DNA from: a virus
Lineage: Duplodnaviria; Caudoviricetes
IMG/VR virus record: IMGVR_UViG_3300025138_000041
Coordinates: 1-61,380 of that record
Strand: one strand, 5' to 3'
Length of the DNA: 61,380 nucleotides
Position numbers and translations under genes: made by a program. Positions 19,132 through 28,359 of the stretch are shown here, in pieces (positions within the stretch are counted from its first letter, which is position 1; every line of letters starts with the position of its first letter). The notes under the pieces are model-generated. The model ran no database searches. It was not told where the DNA came from and worked only from the letters and a program-made list of their open reading frames with translations.

Positions 19132-19908
19132 ATGAAATTGACATTATTAGGATATGGATTTGTAGGCAAAGCTGTTTACAACGTTTTAAAAGATCATCAT
19201 GATATCACAATTGTTGATCCAGAATACAACGATAATAAGATAGAAGATCAAGGTGATTCAGATGGTTATATCATTTGCTTGCCAACACCAGAAGGTAAAA
19301 ATGGTGAATGTGATATGAGCATTATATTTGAAATGCTCAATAGAATTCCAGTTGCGACTATAAGTCCATCAAATATTCTTATAAAGTCAACTATGTCAAT
19401 GGAAGGCTGGAGAGAAATTGAACAAACGTACAATCATTTAAACATATGTTTTTCTCCAGAATTTTTAACTGCAGCAAATGCAAATGAAGATTTCAAAAAA
19501 CAGACAGAAATGTTTTTTGGTGGAGGTGATGAATATTTTTGGATAGATATTTTTAATCCATGTAAAAAATTTACACCAATCTTTTCTCCAATACCCGAAC
19601 TTATCTTAATGAAGTATGTTAGAAATTCTTTCTTGGCAACAAAGGTAGCATTTTTTAATGAAATTTACGATCTTTGTTCTAAAATGAATTTACAGTACGA
19701 CGAAGTAAGTTACTTAGTGGGTATGGATAAAAGAATAGGATATTCACATATGAAAGTTCCTGGTCCAGATGGCAGAGGATTTGGTGGTGCTTGTTTTCCT
19801 AAAGACACGAAGGCACTATACAATTCTGCAAAACTTAAAGATCATTCTTTAGACATTCTTCACGCGGTTATCACTTCAAATGAAAAGGTAATAAAAGACA
19901 ATGTTTAA
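19132..19908 (+). CDS. ugd: UDP-glucose 6-dehydrogenase-like protein, short form without the C-terminal domain
   Basis: GYGFVG, ICLPTP, IKST, SPEFL, K...N.FLATKV.FFNE, GFGGACFPKD. Confidence 0.85.
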   Translation: MKLTLLGYGFVGKAVYNVLKDHHDITIVDPEYNDNKIEDQGDSDGYIICLPTPEGKNGECDMSIIFEMLNRIPVATISPSNILIKSTMSMEGWREIEQTYNHLNICFSPEFLTAANANEDFKKQTEMFFGGGDEYFWIDIFNPCKKFTPIFSPIPELILMKYVRNSFLATKVAFFNEIYDLCSKMNLQYDEVSYLVGMDKRIGYSHMKVPGPDGRGFGGACFPKDTKALYNSAKLKDHSLDILHAVITSNEKVIKDNV

Positions 19909-20899
19909 ATTTTTTACTTCAAAACACTGGATGCATTGGTCAATCTTCGGTACACTCTTAATTTTATTTTCTACGTGGTATCAGGTACAAATTGATGTTG
20001 CGATAAATGAATGGTTTGGTGATTTTTATAATAATCTCCAAAAAGCGTTAGCTACACCTGGTAGCATTACTGCCGCAGAGTTTTATGGATCATTAGCATC
20101 TTTCGGTTGGCTAGCAGTAAAGTTTATTGCTATTGCAGTAGTCACTAAATTTTTTGTATCTCATTGGATATTCAGATGGCGAACAAGTATGGTTGAGTAT
20201 TATCATGATAAGTTTAAATATGCTAGAAGTCTAGAAGGTGCGTCACAACGTATCCAAGAAGATACTATTAAATTTGCTAGAATCATGGAAGATTTGGGAG
20301 TTGGTCTGATGGAGTCAATCATGACTTTAATTGCTTTCATTCCTATTCTCATTGGTCTATCTGCGGCAGTTACACATTTGCCAATATTAGGCGAAGTTTC
20401 TAATTCTCTTATGTGGGTAGCACTTGCAACGGCATTAGGAGGTACCCTATTGCTTGCTGCAGTAGGAATCAGACTACCTGGAATTGAGTATGACATTCAA
20501 AAACGTGAAGCTGGTTACCGTAAAATTTTAGTCCATGCAGAAGATGATCCTAAAGCAGGTCAACCCAAAACTCTTGCGGAATTATTTGATTGGGTAAGAG
20601 ACATACATTTCAAATCGTATTTTCACTATGCATATTTCAACATGGCAAGATATTCGTATTTTCAAGGTATGGTTCTTGTTCCATATCTTGCATTGGGTCC
20701 TACAATTCTCGCGGGGACAATTACATTGGGTGCTCTACAACAAACAATAAGAGCGTTTGGTAGAGTAGAAAGTAGTTTACAGTATGTTGTTAAATCTTGG
20801 GCTGTTGTAGTTGAATTGATAAGTGTTTGGAAAAGATTGAGAGAATTTGAAGTTCAAATCAAGGTAGGCGAATCTTCAGATCCACGTTGGAGAGGTTAA
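19901..20899 (+). CDS. sbmA: SbmA/BacA-like peptide transporter
   Basis: Multiple TM helices; FRWRTSM.EYY, EGASQRIQED, EAGYRK.LV.AED. Confidence 0.85.
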   Translation: MFKFFTSKHWMHWSIFGTLLILFSTWYQVQIDVAINEWFGDFYNNLQKALATPGSITAAEFYGSLASFGWLAVKFIAIAVVTKFFVSHWIFRWRTSMVEYYHDKFKYARSLEGASQRIQEDTIKFARIMEDLGVGLMESIMTLIAFIPILIGLSAAVTHLPILGEVSNSLMWVALATALGGTLLLAAVGIRLPGIEYDIQKREAGYRKILVHAEDDPKAGQPKTLAELFDWVRDIHFKSYFHYAYFNMARYSYFQGMVLVPYLALGPTILAGTITLGALQQTIRAFGRVESSLQYVVKSWAVVVELISVWKRLREFEVQIKVGESSDPRWRG

Positions 20900-20905
20900 A
20901 AATAA

Positions 20906-21574
20906 ATGATAAAAGCATATGTGATAACAATAAGGGCTTTACCTAAATCCGTTAGATCCGCGAGTAGATGTATTATGTCGGCTGCAGATTATGATTTGGA
21001 AGGAGTTGAAATGTGGCAAGCAACTATTCCAGAAGATAATCCTGAAGAAATATTAAATGATCGAGGAATACCTACTCAAGGATTTTCTGAAATATACTCT
21101 AGACCTGAAAGATGTATGTCTGCTTTTGTTTCACATTATAAATTGTGGGAAAAATGTGCGGAAGAAAATGATGATGTTTATTTGATCTTTGAACATGATG
21201 CTGTTGTCGAAAATCAGATACCAGTAATACCAAAGATGCACTCACTTAAAGATCCGATGCTTTGCTCAATAGGTGCTCCGTCTTATGGCAAATTTAATAT
21301 TCCAACAAAACTTGGTGTTAATAAACTCATTTCAAAAGAATATTTACCTGGAGCACATGCTTATATGTTAAATTCTCCTGCAGCAAAGGCTCTAATTGAA
21401 AGAGCAAAAGTTGATGCAGGTCCTACAGACGTTTTTCTTCATAATAATAGATTTGATTTTTTATATGAATTGTATCCTTATGTTGCTGTAGCAAGAGATA
21501 GCTTTACTACAATTCAAAGAAAAGAGGGTTGTTTGGCAAAACACTCTTACGGAGATAAATATGAAATCATTTAA
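20906..21574 (+). CDS. GT25-like glycosyltransferase
   Basis: SHYKLW, IFEHDA, GAHAYML. Confidence 0.7.
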   Translation: MIKAYVITIRALPKSVRSASRCIMSAADYDLEGVEMWQATIPEDNPEEILNDRGIPTQGFSEIYSRPERCMSAFVSHYKLWEKCAEENDDVYLIFEHDAVVENQIPVIPKMHSLKDPMLCSIGAPSYGKFNIPTKLGVNKLISKEYLPGAHAYMLNSPAAKALIERAKVDAGPTDVFLHNNRFDFLYELYPYVAVARDSFTTIQRKEGCLAKHSYGDKYEII

Positions 21575-22217
21575 TAAGATATTTTTAACAGGATGTGATA
21601 AAAATACTCAATGGATGTTACCATGGTTTATGGTAAATTTTTTAACTTACAATAAAACACCTATCATTTTTGCCGATTTTGGCGTCACTATGGATCACGA
21701 AGAATTATTGTCTTTAGGATTTGATGACGTTTTAAATTTGAGAACTGCTGATGTTAAAGGTTGGTTTAAAAAACCCAAATCTATGATAAAAGCATCTCAT
21801 ATTGCAAATAAGGTTTGTTGGTTAGATACAGATATTGAAATTTTATCTGATATGAGTGATATATTTAATTATACAGAATATAATAAAATAGGAATGGTAG
21901 AAGATAAGCCTTGGACAAAAAGGTCTGGAGAAGTTTGGCATAATTCTGGAGTCGTAGCTTTTGAAAATTGTCCTACTATTTTGAATGAATGGTCTAACTT
22001 TATAAATCAGAGACCTCAAAGAGGCGATCAAGAGACTCTTCACGCTATGTTAAATACTCCTCTTAGTAAAATGATACATATTACAGATTTACCTAACGAA
22101 TATAATTGGTTAAGAATTCAGACTGTGGACGGAGAAGATATTAAAAATAAAAAAGCCATTCACTGGACTGGTAATAAAGGAAAAGAACATATTAGGAGTT
22201 TAATGATAGATGGGTGA
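21561..22217 (+). CDS. GT8-like nucleotide-diphospho-sugar transferase
   Basis: WLDTD, HNSGVV, GDQE, YNW, HWTG..GK. Confidence 0.75.
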   Translation: MKSFNKIFLTGCDKNTQWMLPWFMVNFLTYNKTPIIFADFGVTMDHEELLSLGFDDVLNLRTADVKGWFKKPKSMIKASHIANKVCWLDTDIEILSDMSDIFNYTEYNKIGMVEDKPWTKRSGEVWHNSGVVAFENCPTILNEWSNFINQRPQRGDQETLHAMLNTPLSKMIHITDLPNEYNWLRIQTVDGEDIKNKKAIHWTGNKGKEHIRSLMIDG

Positions 22218-22806
22218 TGTAGCGCACGTTATTGGAAATGGTAAAAGTGCTGGAATGTATTCTTCAGCTAGAGGCTTAAAAATTGCCTGTAATATGCCTC
22301 AGGCGCATATTGATAATTTGTATGCGACAGTGATGGTAGACTTTAAAATGATGAAAGCAATTCATGAAGGAATACTGAGAGTTCCTGGTGACTGGGTATT
22401 AGGCGCAAGACCTAAAAAATGGATGGAAATGAGAAATGATTTTCATATGAAATATGCGACTCAAGTGAAAGAATTTTATCTAGTTTTACCAAAATATGCT
22501 GCAAACTATACTGATTTTAATTGTGGTCATATGGCAGTTCATTGGGCAGCAAATAAACTTGAGCGTAAAGAAATTCACATGTATGGATTTGATAGTATAT
22601 TTGGATTTGATATTACTAGTGCAGTCGATTTAATTTTACCTTCGCCTAGAGATAATTTAAGTACACAGAGATTGACCGAGAACTGGCGTCCGATCTGGTT
22701 TCATATGTTTAGAGAATTTCCTAATACGCAATTTATCATACATCAAGGAAAAGGCAATTCGTTGATAAAACTTCCTGAAAATGTTGAAACAATTCATCCA
22801 AAGTAG
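22210..22806 (+). CDS. hypothetical, possibly sugar-transferase-like
   Basis: VIGNGKS...IHMYGFD pattern. Confidence 0.55.
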   Translation: MGDVAHVIGNGKSAGMYSSARGLKIACNMPQAHIDNLYATVMVDFKMMKAIHEGILRVPGDWVLGARPKKWMEMRNDFHMKYATQVKEFYLVLPKYAANYTDFNCGHMAVHWAANKLERKEIHMYGFDSIFGFDITSAVDLILPSPRDNLSTQRLTENWRPIWFHMFREFPNTQFIIHQGKGNSLIKLPENVETIHPK

Positions 22807-22853
22807 TTGACAGTTAGAGTAGTCTATGATACTTTACAATAGTAAAGAGAATC
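22807..22853 (+). promoter_or_regulatory. early promoter with agtaaagagaatc leader
   Basis: TTGACA-N17-TACTTT. Confidence 0.7.
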
Positions 22854-22870
22854 GCTTATGAGATATAGAT

Positions 22871-23290
22871 ATGATACTAGACACTTACAATCAGCCCAAA
22901 AAAATAACTACAGATTTACTTGACTCTGTAGTTAATCATGCGAATGAAATGTTGTGCTTAGAAGATTATGACCTAGATGAATTACAAATCGTTTTCAAAT
23001 CAACAAAAGGTTCTCACGGATACTTTGATGGAATTGGAGATGAAGATGATGGGGTCGCGTCTATAGAAATTAATAGTAAAAATTCTGTTGATGAAATAGT
23101 CAGAACTATATTTCATGAATTGGTGCATGTTCAACAAGTTTTAAATGAAAGCTTTTGTGACATTGAACAAACTTGGCATGGAGAATATTACGGTAATGTA
23201 GAATATGATAGTCGTCCTTGGGAAATAGATGCTTTTGAGAAAGAAAGCATACTTTATGATACTTGGAAGATTTCTAAAAGTGCTAAATAA
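22871..23290 (+). CDS. putative zinc metallopeptidase
   Basis: TIFHELVHVQQ and RPWEIDA motifs. Confidence 0.7.
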   Translation: MILDTYNQPKKITTDLLDSVVNHANEMLCLEDYDLDELQIVFKSTKGSHGYFDGIGDEDDGVASIEINSKNSVDEIVRTIFHELVHVQQVLNESFCDIEQTWHGEYYGNVEYDSRPWEIDAFEKESILYDTWKISKSAK

Positions 23291-23462
23291 TTGTAATAGA
23301 AACTACATATGCGGTAATAAATGCATCACGAAAAACTCCCCAAACAAGATGATCCTTGTGACGATTGGAGTAAACACATCGATAAGTTAAAAGACTTATC
23401 TAAGAAATAATATATTCAAAACTTAATCACATCTACTAAATATTAAAAAGAGGAGCAATCTT

Positions 23463-23633
23463 ATGAGTGAGAATGTTGATTGGACTGTAAGGGCATACCT
23501 ATTTAAAAACGGAGAGTATAAACTTTCTGCTTGGGTAAGCGGTTTGGATAAAACGCATGCCGATAAGTGGTTCGATGATTTCTATGCTACCAATCAGTAT
23601 GCGAAAATTGTATCTAATCAAATTAGTGAGTAA
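23463..23633 (+). CDS. small hypothetical protein (not in track)
   Basis: GAGGAG RBS, 56 aa. Confidence 0.55.
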   Translation: MSENVDWTVRAYLFKNGEYKLSAWVSGLDKTHADKWFDDFYATNQYAKIVSNQISE

Positions 23634-23645
23634 AGGAGTTCTAAT

Positions 23646-23888
23646 ATGAAACTTGAATTTAATTTAAACATGGGACCAGAATATATGTCCGCTGATGAAA
23701 TCGCGGTTCATGCTATTCTAAATGGTTATCATTTACCTAAAATTAACTTTAGTAAAATTGAGGACAAACTCATAGCAGATGCTTATGCGGGAAAACTTGG
23801 TCCTTTAGAAGATAGTGAAGTTGAATTTGCAATGCAACTAATTACTGAATTAGTTTCTAATAAAGCCTCAAAAAAGGTTGACAAGTAA
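23646..23888 (+). CDS. hypothetical protein
   Basis: AAGGAG RBS. Confidence 0.65.
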   Translation: MKLEFNLNMGPEYMSADEIAVHAILNGYHLPKINFSKIEDKLIADAYAGKLGPLEDSEVEFAMQLITELVSNKASKKVDK

Positions 23889-23924
23889 AGTCTTAATGTA
23901 TATAAAGAAATAGTAAATAGAATC
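23878..23924 (+). promoter_or_regulatory. early promoter
   Basis: TTGACA-N17-TATAAA; leader agtaaatagaatc. Confidence 0.7.
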
Positions 23925-23940
23925 AAATGAAAGTGAACAA

Positions 23941-24210
23941 ATGACTACTCAACCTAACGTCAATATTACTCTTAAAGATCAGCGTCTTTTTATCTTTGAT
24001 GAATTGCAGCGTGTCAATTGTACCTCAGATGTTGATGGTAGTAATTACTGTATGCAATCTTCTATCTATAATGATATGGTAGAATGGGCAATTGAAGCTG
24101 GCTACTGGTCTCCTACTGGATATAGCGTTTCGACAATTGTTGATCTTTATGCTCAATTTCAAGGCTGGGATCAGTCAAATAATCCTATGCAAATAATCGA
24201 GGTATCTTGA
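23941..24210 (+). CDS. hypothetical protein
   Basis: Directly downstream of promoter. Confidence 0.6.
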   Translation: MTTQPNVNITLKDQRLFIFDELQRVNCTSDVDGSNYCMQSSIYNDMVEWAIEAGYWSPTGYSVSTIVDLYAQFQGWDQSNNPMQIIEVS

Positions 24211-24342
24211 TATGACTGATATTGAAATTCTTGCAGTACTAGGAATTGTGATTTGTTCTTTTGCTGCTGGATATGTTTTAGGACTAAGGCATGCTTGGAA
24301 AGATGCAAATAAAATACACAACTCTATGTATACGAGGTTCTA

Positions 24343-24597
24343 ATGATTCGTAATAAAACACCTGCATCTGAAATTGTAATCGACCTAGATGGTCCCGATG
24401 GAAATGCATTTCACTTATTGAGTACTGCTAAGAAATTAGCACACTCTCAAGGTATGAAAGCTTCTCCGATTATGTCCGAAATGTGTTCTGGTTCAGATTA
24501 TTTTAAATTAGTCAAAGTTTTTGATAAACATTTTGGTAATTTAGTCGTTCTAGAAAGTGATAATAGTGAATTATTGGAGTTTATGAATGCGAATTAG
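24343..24597 (+). CDS. hypothetical phage protein
   Basis: IDLDGPDGNAF motif, GAGG RBS. Confidence 0.7.
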   Translation: MIRNKTPASEIVIDLDGPDGNAFHLLSTAKKLAHSQGMKASPIMSEMCSGSDYFKLVKVFDKHFGNLVVLESDNSELLEFMNAN

Positions 24598-24826
24598 TTC
24601 TATAGGATACGGTCGTACTGCGACTATTAGATCAACAATGCAAGATCGTCCGATCACGGGCGTGAATAAGACGGAAATTTTATCAGTAATGGAACTACAA
24701 GAAATGACTCGTAAAGACAGTTCCTACACTTCGGCTTTCAATAAAATTCCTAAAGCCACTCAAAAGTCTGATATTGATTTTGACCAACTTTTAAATGCCA
24801 TTTTAGAAAGTGGAGATTTAAAATAA
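24587..24826 (+). CDS. hypothetical protein
   Basis: Overlapping-gene packing. Confidence 0.55.
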   Translation: MRISSIGYGRTATIRSTMQDRPITGVNKTEILSVMELQEMTRKDSSYTSAFNKIPKATQKSDIDFDQLLNAILESGDLK

Positions 24827-25135
24827 ATGATACTTTCACTTACGGCCGAAGCTAAAGACTACATGATGGATCAGTTAGCAATTGCTGAAAAAAATTATGT
24901 TCTATTGGAAGTAAAAGGCGGCGGTTGTAGTGGATTTAAATATGATTGGTCTTATGTGGAAGATGATAGTAAAGGAACAGTTATAGACGGTACATTAGTT
25001 GTAGATGCTATGGCAGAAATGTTTCTTTTTGGATGTACTGTTGATTATGTCAGAGAATTAGGTGGCAACTATTTAATTGTTAAAAATCCACAAGCCAAAG
25101 CGCAATGTGGATGTGGAGAAAGTTTTGCGTTATGA
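24827..25135 (+). CDS. iscA: Fe-S cluster A-type carrier (IscA/HesB family)
   Basis: KGGGCSGFKY and NP.A...CGCGESF. Confidence 0.9.
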   Translation: MILSLTAEAKDYMMDQLAIAEKNYVLLEVKGGGCSGFKYDWSYVEDDSKGTVIDGTLVVDAMAEMFLFGCTVDYVRELGGNYLIVKNPQAKAQCGCGESFAL

Positions 25136-25365
25136 TTTATGTTGCACAAATGGTATACACTGATACAGAAAACCATCACAGTATTTTAGTTGGAGCATTT
25201 AGTTCTAAAAAACTAGCCAAAGATGCGTGTGATATTGAGTTAATGAGAAATCCAAAATATCAGCCATGTATTCATTCTTTTGAATTAGATGCACCAGGTA
25301 GTCAACAGCAGCAAGATGCTAAATTAAGGCCAAAAATGATTTTACATACCAATAATATATTATAA
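25132..25365 (+). CDS. hypothetical protein
   Basis: ATGA overlap with the iscA stop. Confidence 0.5.
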   Translation: MIYVAQMVYTDTENHHSILVGAFSSKKLAKDACDIELMRNPKYQPCIHSFELDAPGSQQQQDAKLRPKMILHTNNIL

Positions 25366-25371
25366 TAGCTA

Positions 25372-25416
25372 TTGACAATTACTCACGAATCATGTATTCA
25401 TATAATTGAAGTTAGC
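25372..25416 (+). promoter_or_regulatory. early promoter, family A copy 1
   Basis: TTGACA...cgaatcatgTATTCAtataattgaagttagc; near-identical at 25931 and 34371. Confidence 0.75.
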
Positions 25417-25433
25417 GAGAAAGTGAGAAAGAA

Positions 25434-25919
25434 ATGCAAAATACTTACTATAATAATCAAGGCAAATTTCAAACTGAATTTGACCAAATGACTGAAGTTC
25501 TTATTCCTGCAGTGGGACCTTGTGATACTACAGCAGGAGAAATGCTACGCTCGGTAACTCGGTTAGCTCATGATCTTTACAATAACGGTATGGGCAACAA
25601 CACAAGTGGTGCTTGTAACTTTCTCCTTGAAATGGAAGCTATCTCATACCAAACACATGAAACTATATATGAGTACACCCGCGGCAAATTTTACGACGGC
25701 AATTATAACGGCGATGACGTTCAACGCGCCGTTGAAACTGCAATAGATAATACTGTAGAGTTTATCATGATGCATCCGTTGTTAAAAACAGAAGTCAATG
25801 ATAAAAATATGTTTGATTATGAGGAAGATTTTCAACAGTTCTGTGAAGAATGCGGCGATGAATGTTTTCATAATACCTTATGTGATGATTGCGATGAAAT
25901 GTGGGAAGATGAATATTAA
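25434..25919 (+). CDS. hypothetical protein with C-terminal CxxC/CxxC
   Basis: YNNGMGN; CEEC...CDDC. Confidence 0.7.
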   Translation: MQNTYYNNQGKFQTEFDQMTEVLIPAVGPCDTTAGEMLRSVTRLAHDLYNNGMGNNTSGACNFLLEMEAISYQTHETIYEYTRGKFYDGNYNGDDVQRAVETAIDNTVEFIMMHPLLKTEVNDKNMFDYEEDFQQFCEECGDECFHNTLCDDCDEMWEDEY

Positions 25920-25930
25920 TAAAAAATGTA

Positions 25931-25975
25931 TTGACAATACTTAGCGAATCATGTATTAATATAATTGAAGTTAGC
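25931..25975 (+). promoter_or_regulatory. early promoter, family A copy 2
   Basis: TTGACA-N17-TATTAA with shared leader. Confidence 0.75.
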
Positions 25976-25991
25976 AGAGAGAGAGAGAAAA

Positions 25992-26204
25992 ATGACTAAG
26001 TTTGATGAAAAAGAGTACCACAAACAGTGTGATCTAGCCCTACTCAAAGCTAATGAGCACCTAACAGATCAAGACGTTGAAGCCGGTATTTCTTACTGGA
26101 ATTCTAAATATGAAAATACTGATGCTTATGCAATGTCAGCCAGTTACCTTAAGAAAGCCCATACTTTTGAAAACATTAAGATGTTAAGAAAAGAATATGC
26201 TTAA
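25992..26204 (+). CDS. hypothetical protein (start reassigned)
   Basis: ATG after purine-rich leader. Confidence 0.6.
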   Translation: MTKFDEKEYHKQCDLALLKANEHLTDQDVEAGISYWNSKYENTDAYAMSASYLKKAHTFENIKMLRKEYA

Positions 26205-26220
26205 TTTCAAAAGTAAATGC

Positions 26221-26249
26221 TTGACAATGTTTCTTAGTTAAGCTATTAT
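26221..26249 (+). promoter_or_regulatory. promoter for the RNA-gene cluster
   Basis: TTGACA-N17-TATTAT. Confidence 0.75.
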
Positions 26250-26273
26250 AAAGTATAAAGAGAATTAGTAGAA

Positions 26274-26403
26274 AGAGTATTTTTTAGCGGGGTGCAAATT
26301 TTATTTGCTGTTTTGATTTGGGGACGTCTGTGTTACGTTACCTAAGCCTAACGATAAAGAATGTGTTCCGATAGTAGGACATAACCCTGTTAATAAGTAC
26401 TCT
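26274..26403 (+). ncRNA. unassigned structured RNA 1
   Basis: About 19-bp closing stem (agagtattt-t-ttagcggggt / accctgttaa-t-aagtactct) with internal hairpins; no ORF in track. Confidence 0.6.
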
Positions 26404-26419
26404 TAGACTATAAAGAATA

Positions 26420-26496
26420 GGTCCCTTGGCTCAACTGGATAGAGCAACAGCCTTCTAAGCTGTAGGTTACAGGTTCGAGTCCTGTAGGGTCCGCCA
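26420..26496 (+). tRNA. tRNA-Arg(UCU)
   Basis: acagc-ctTCTaa-gctgt, GTTCGAG T loop, encoded CCA. Confidence 0.95.
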
Positions 26497-26501
26497 AGAA
26501 A

Positions 26502-26691
26502 CTGGGTATGAAGTTAAATTGGAGCGCGAAGCGTTGGAGTTTAAAAGATTGCTCAGTGAAACCCTAGTCGAACGAAAAGCCTTGCAAGGTCGTACTAGGT
26601 CGGTGAATACTCTGTACCGACAGAAAGCAGAGCGGGGTTGTCCACGAGAAAGACAAATAGGGGGTGGAGATTGTGCATAGTCTCCACCTCT
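26502..26691 (+). ncRNA. unassigned structured RNA 2
   Basis: GC-rich non-coding spacer with five successive hairpins including a GCAA tetraloop. Confidence 0.6.
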
Positions 26692-26705
26692 GAATTTAAT
26701 ATTTT

Positions 26706-26781
26706 GCGAGAGTAGCTTAGTGGTTAAAGCCCCCCGCTCATAACGGGTTGATCGTAGGTTCAAATCCTACCTCTCGCACCA
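26706..26781 (+). tRNA. tRNA with CAU anticodon (Met or Ile2)
   Basis: gcgagag/ctctcgc acceptor, ctCATaa loop, gtagg-ttcaaat-cctac, ACCA. Confidence 0.92.
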
Positions 26782-26786
26782 TTATA

Positions 26787-26794
26787 TATAAATA
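26787..26794 (+). promoter_or_regulatory. T4-type late promoter
   Basis: TATAAATA upstream of 26825. Confidence 0.65.
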
Positions 26795-26824
26795 CTGTTA
26801 TATAAAACAAAAAGGATATTCAAT

Positions 26825-27169
26825 ATGGCAATACAAGCACCAAAATGGGCAAAAGGAAGCTATCCAACATTAAGAGGTTGGGTAAAAGATGGAGAACTTC
26901 TGAAGTCACAAAATATTACTCAAGATGAAATTAATGAATGGAACGGAGAGACTTCTGCACCTAAAGTAGTTGCAACTTCGGCACCTAAAGCTGCACCAGT
27001 TCAACTAAGAGAGATTGCTCCAACCACCACATTAATTGATGAGAGTCCTAAGTTTGATGATATGTCCAAAAAAGAATTGGAATCTTTTGCTAGGACAAAA
27101 GGAGTTGAGTTGGACCGAAGAGAGAGCAAAAGAAGTTTAATAACTAAAGTTAAAAATTTAATGGGATAA
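26825..27169 (+). CDS. hypothetical with C-terminal Rho-N/HeH-like motif
   Basis: MSKKELESFARTKGVELDRR. Confidence 0.65.
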   Translation: MAIQAPKWAKGSYPTLRGWVKDGELLKSQNITQDEINEWNGETSAPKVVATSAPKAAPVQLREIAPTTTLIDESPKFDDMSKKELESFARTKGVELDRRESKRSLITKVKNLMG

Positions 27170-27181
27170 GAGGAATATATT

Positions 27182-27448
27182 ATGAATGTTAATGGACCAG
27201 GCTTTTCACATAATTATGCGACTCAGCCTCTTGAATTGATTGTAAAAACTCAAATGGCTAAAGATTTCCATATGGAACAAGCTGATAAACAAAGGCGTTG
27301 GGTCGAACAGACCGTATCTGAGCCAAACAAAGCTTTAAGAATGTCTTATGAAGGTCATGCTGGCACATATGACGGTGCTGGAAAAATAAAGCGAGGTCCA
27401 GAGCCAGTTGAGGGTTCAATGAGTAAATCTATAGACATAGAGGCATAG
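27182..27448 (+). CDS. hypothetical protein
   Basis: GAGGA RBS. Confidence 0.6.
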   Translation: MNVNGPGFSHNYATQPLELIVKTQMAKDFHMEQADKQRRWVEQTVSEPNKALRMSYEGHAGTYDGAGKIKRGPEPVEGSMSKSIDIEA

Positions 27449-27488
27449 ATAATAACCACCCACATATATAATGCAGGAGAGTTGAAAA

Positions 27489-27692
27489 ATGAGAGATATT
27501 TTAATAAAAGCTTTTAAGAGTCATGCACAAGGTCATATTGATAAACATTTAGCTAACGTGGAAGTGTATCTTCACAATGCAGCCGGTGTTGGTGAACATC
27601 CAGATATTATTGAAGCAATAGAATCTGAATTGAATGAGGTTGCAAAGTATGACGATTTGCTATCGATGGTAAAAAAATATTTAGAGGATTAA
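27489..27692 (+). CDS. hypothetical phage protein
   Basis: AGGAG RBS; GVGEHPDIIEAIE. Confidence 0.75.
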   Translation: MRDILIKAFKSHAQGHIDKHLANVEVYLHNAAGVGEHPDIIEAIESELNEVAKYDDLLSMVKKYLED

Positions 27693-28049
27693 TAATGAAA
27701 TACGTGATTGATATTGATGAATCAACAGATTTACAAGAAGGTGCCGCACGTCAATCCGCTTTCCATAAAGGTCTTATGGATTACTGTAAAGAAATTCGTT
27801 TCCATTTCGGCAAAGATCATATGGATCATAAAGCTTTCACAGATCATGCAAAACATGTTAAAGCCGGTGACTGGGATAAAGCCAGAACTCATGCTAATGA
27901 TCAGGATATTGAAGTAGGAGAAAAAATTCATAGTTTAGCAATTGATCATTTAGGCCAAGGCGCTGCAAGCAAATTATATGGCGCCGATCAAGAGAACTTA
28001 TCAAAAAAATATTTAGAGGATTAATAATGAAATATGTGATTGATATTGA
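27671..28049 (+). repeat. 47-bp direct repeats (27671-27717, 28003-28049) flanking an inserted ORF
   Basis: aaaaaaatatttagaggattaataatgaaata(c/t)gtgattgatattga, 1 mismatch. Confidence 0.9.
27695..28024 (+). CDS. His-rich hypothetical protein between direct repeats
   Basis: Starts MKYVIDID like the next gene and ends KKYLED like the previous gene. Confidence 0.65.
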   Translation: MKYVIDIDESTDLQEGAARQSAFHKGLMDYCKEIRFHFGKDHMDHKAFTDHAKHVKAGDWDKARTHANDQDIEVGEKIHSLAIDHLGQGAASKLYGADQENLSKKYLED

Positions 28050-28359
28050 CGGAACAATTTGTAATGAAGTGTTAAAGCCAGATGGCACAAAAGACTATGC
28101 ACTTCATGAACCTATGATGGATCGTATCGAAAAAGTTAATGCATTATATGATGCTGGTCACACGATTAAGTATATGACTGCACGAGGCGCAGTATCCAAG
28201 ATAGACTATTACAGTCTCACCAATAATCAACTTATCCGTTGGGGTGCTAAGTTTCACGAATTATCCGTAGGTGAGAAAGAACATTATGATATTTGGATTG
28301 ATGACAAGGCATTTTGGTCTGAGAACTTTTTCAGAGAAACCGGGGAAACTTATGAGTGA
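28027..28359 (+). CDS. HAD-family phosphatase (capsule-biosynthesis type)
   Basis: DIDGT, TARG, K...D.WIDDKA. Confidence 0.8.
   Translation: MKYVIDIDGTICNEVLKPDGTKDYALHEPMMDRIEKVNALYDAGHTIKYMTARGAVSKIDYYSLTNNQLIRWGAKFHELSVGEKEHYDIWIDDKAFWSENFFRETGETYE

Noticed and set aside
26467-26763. 98-aa minus-strand ORF
   Set aside because: Antisense to two tRNAs and a structured RNA
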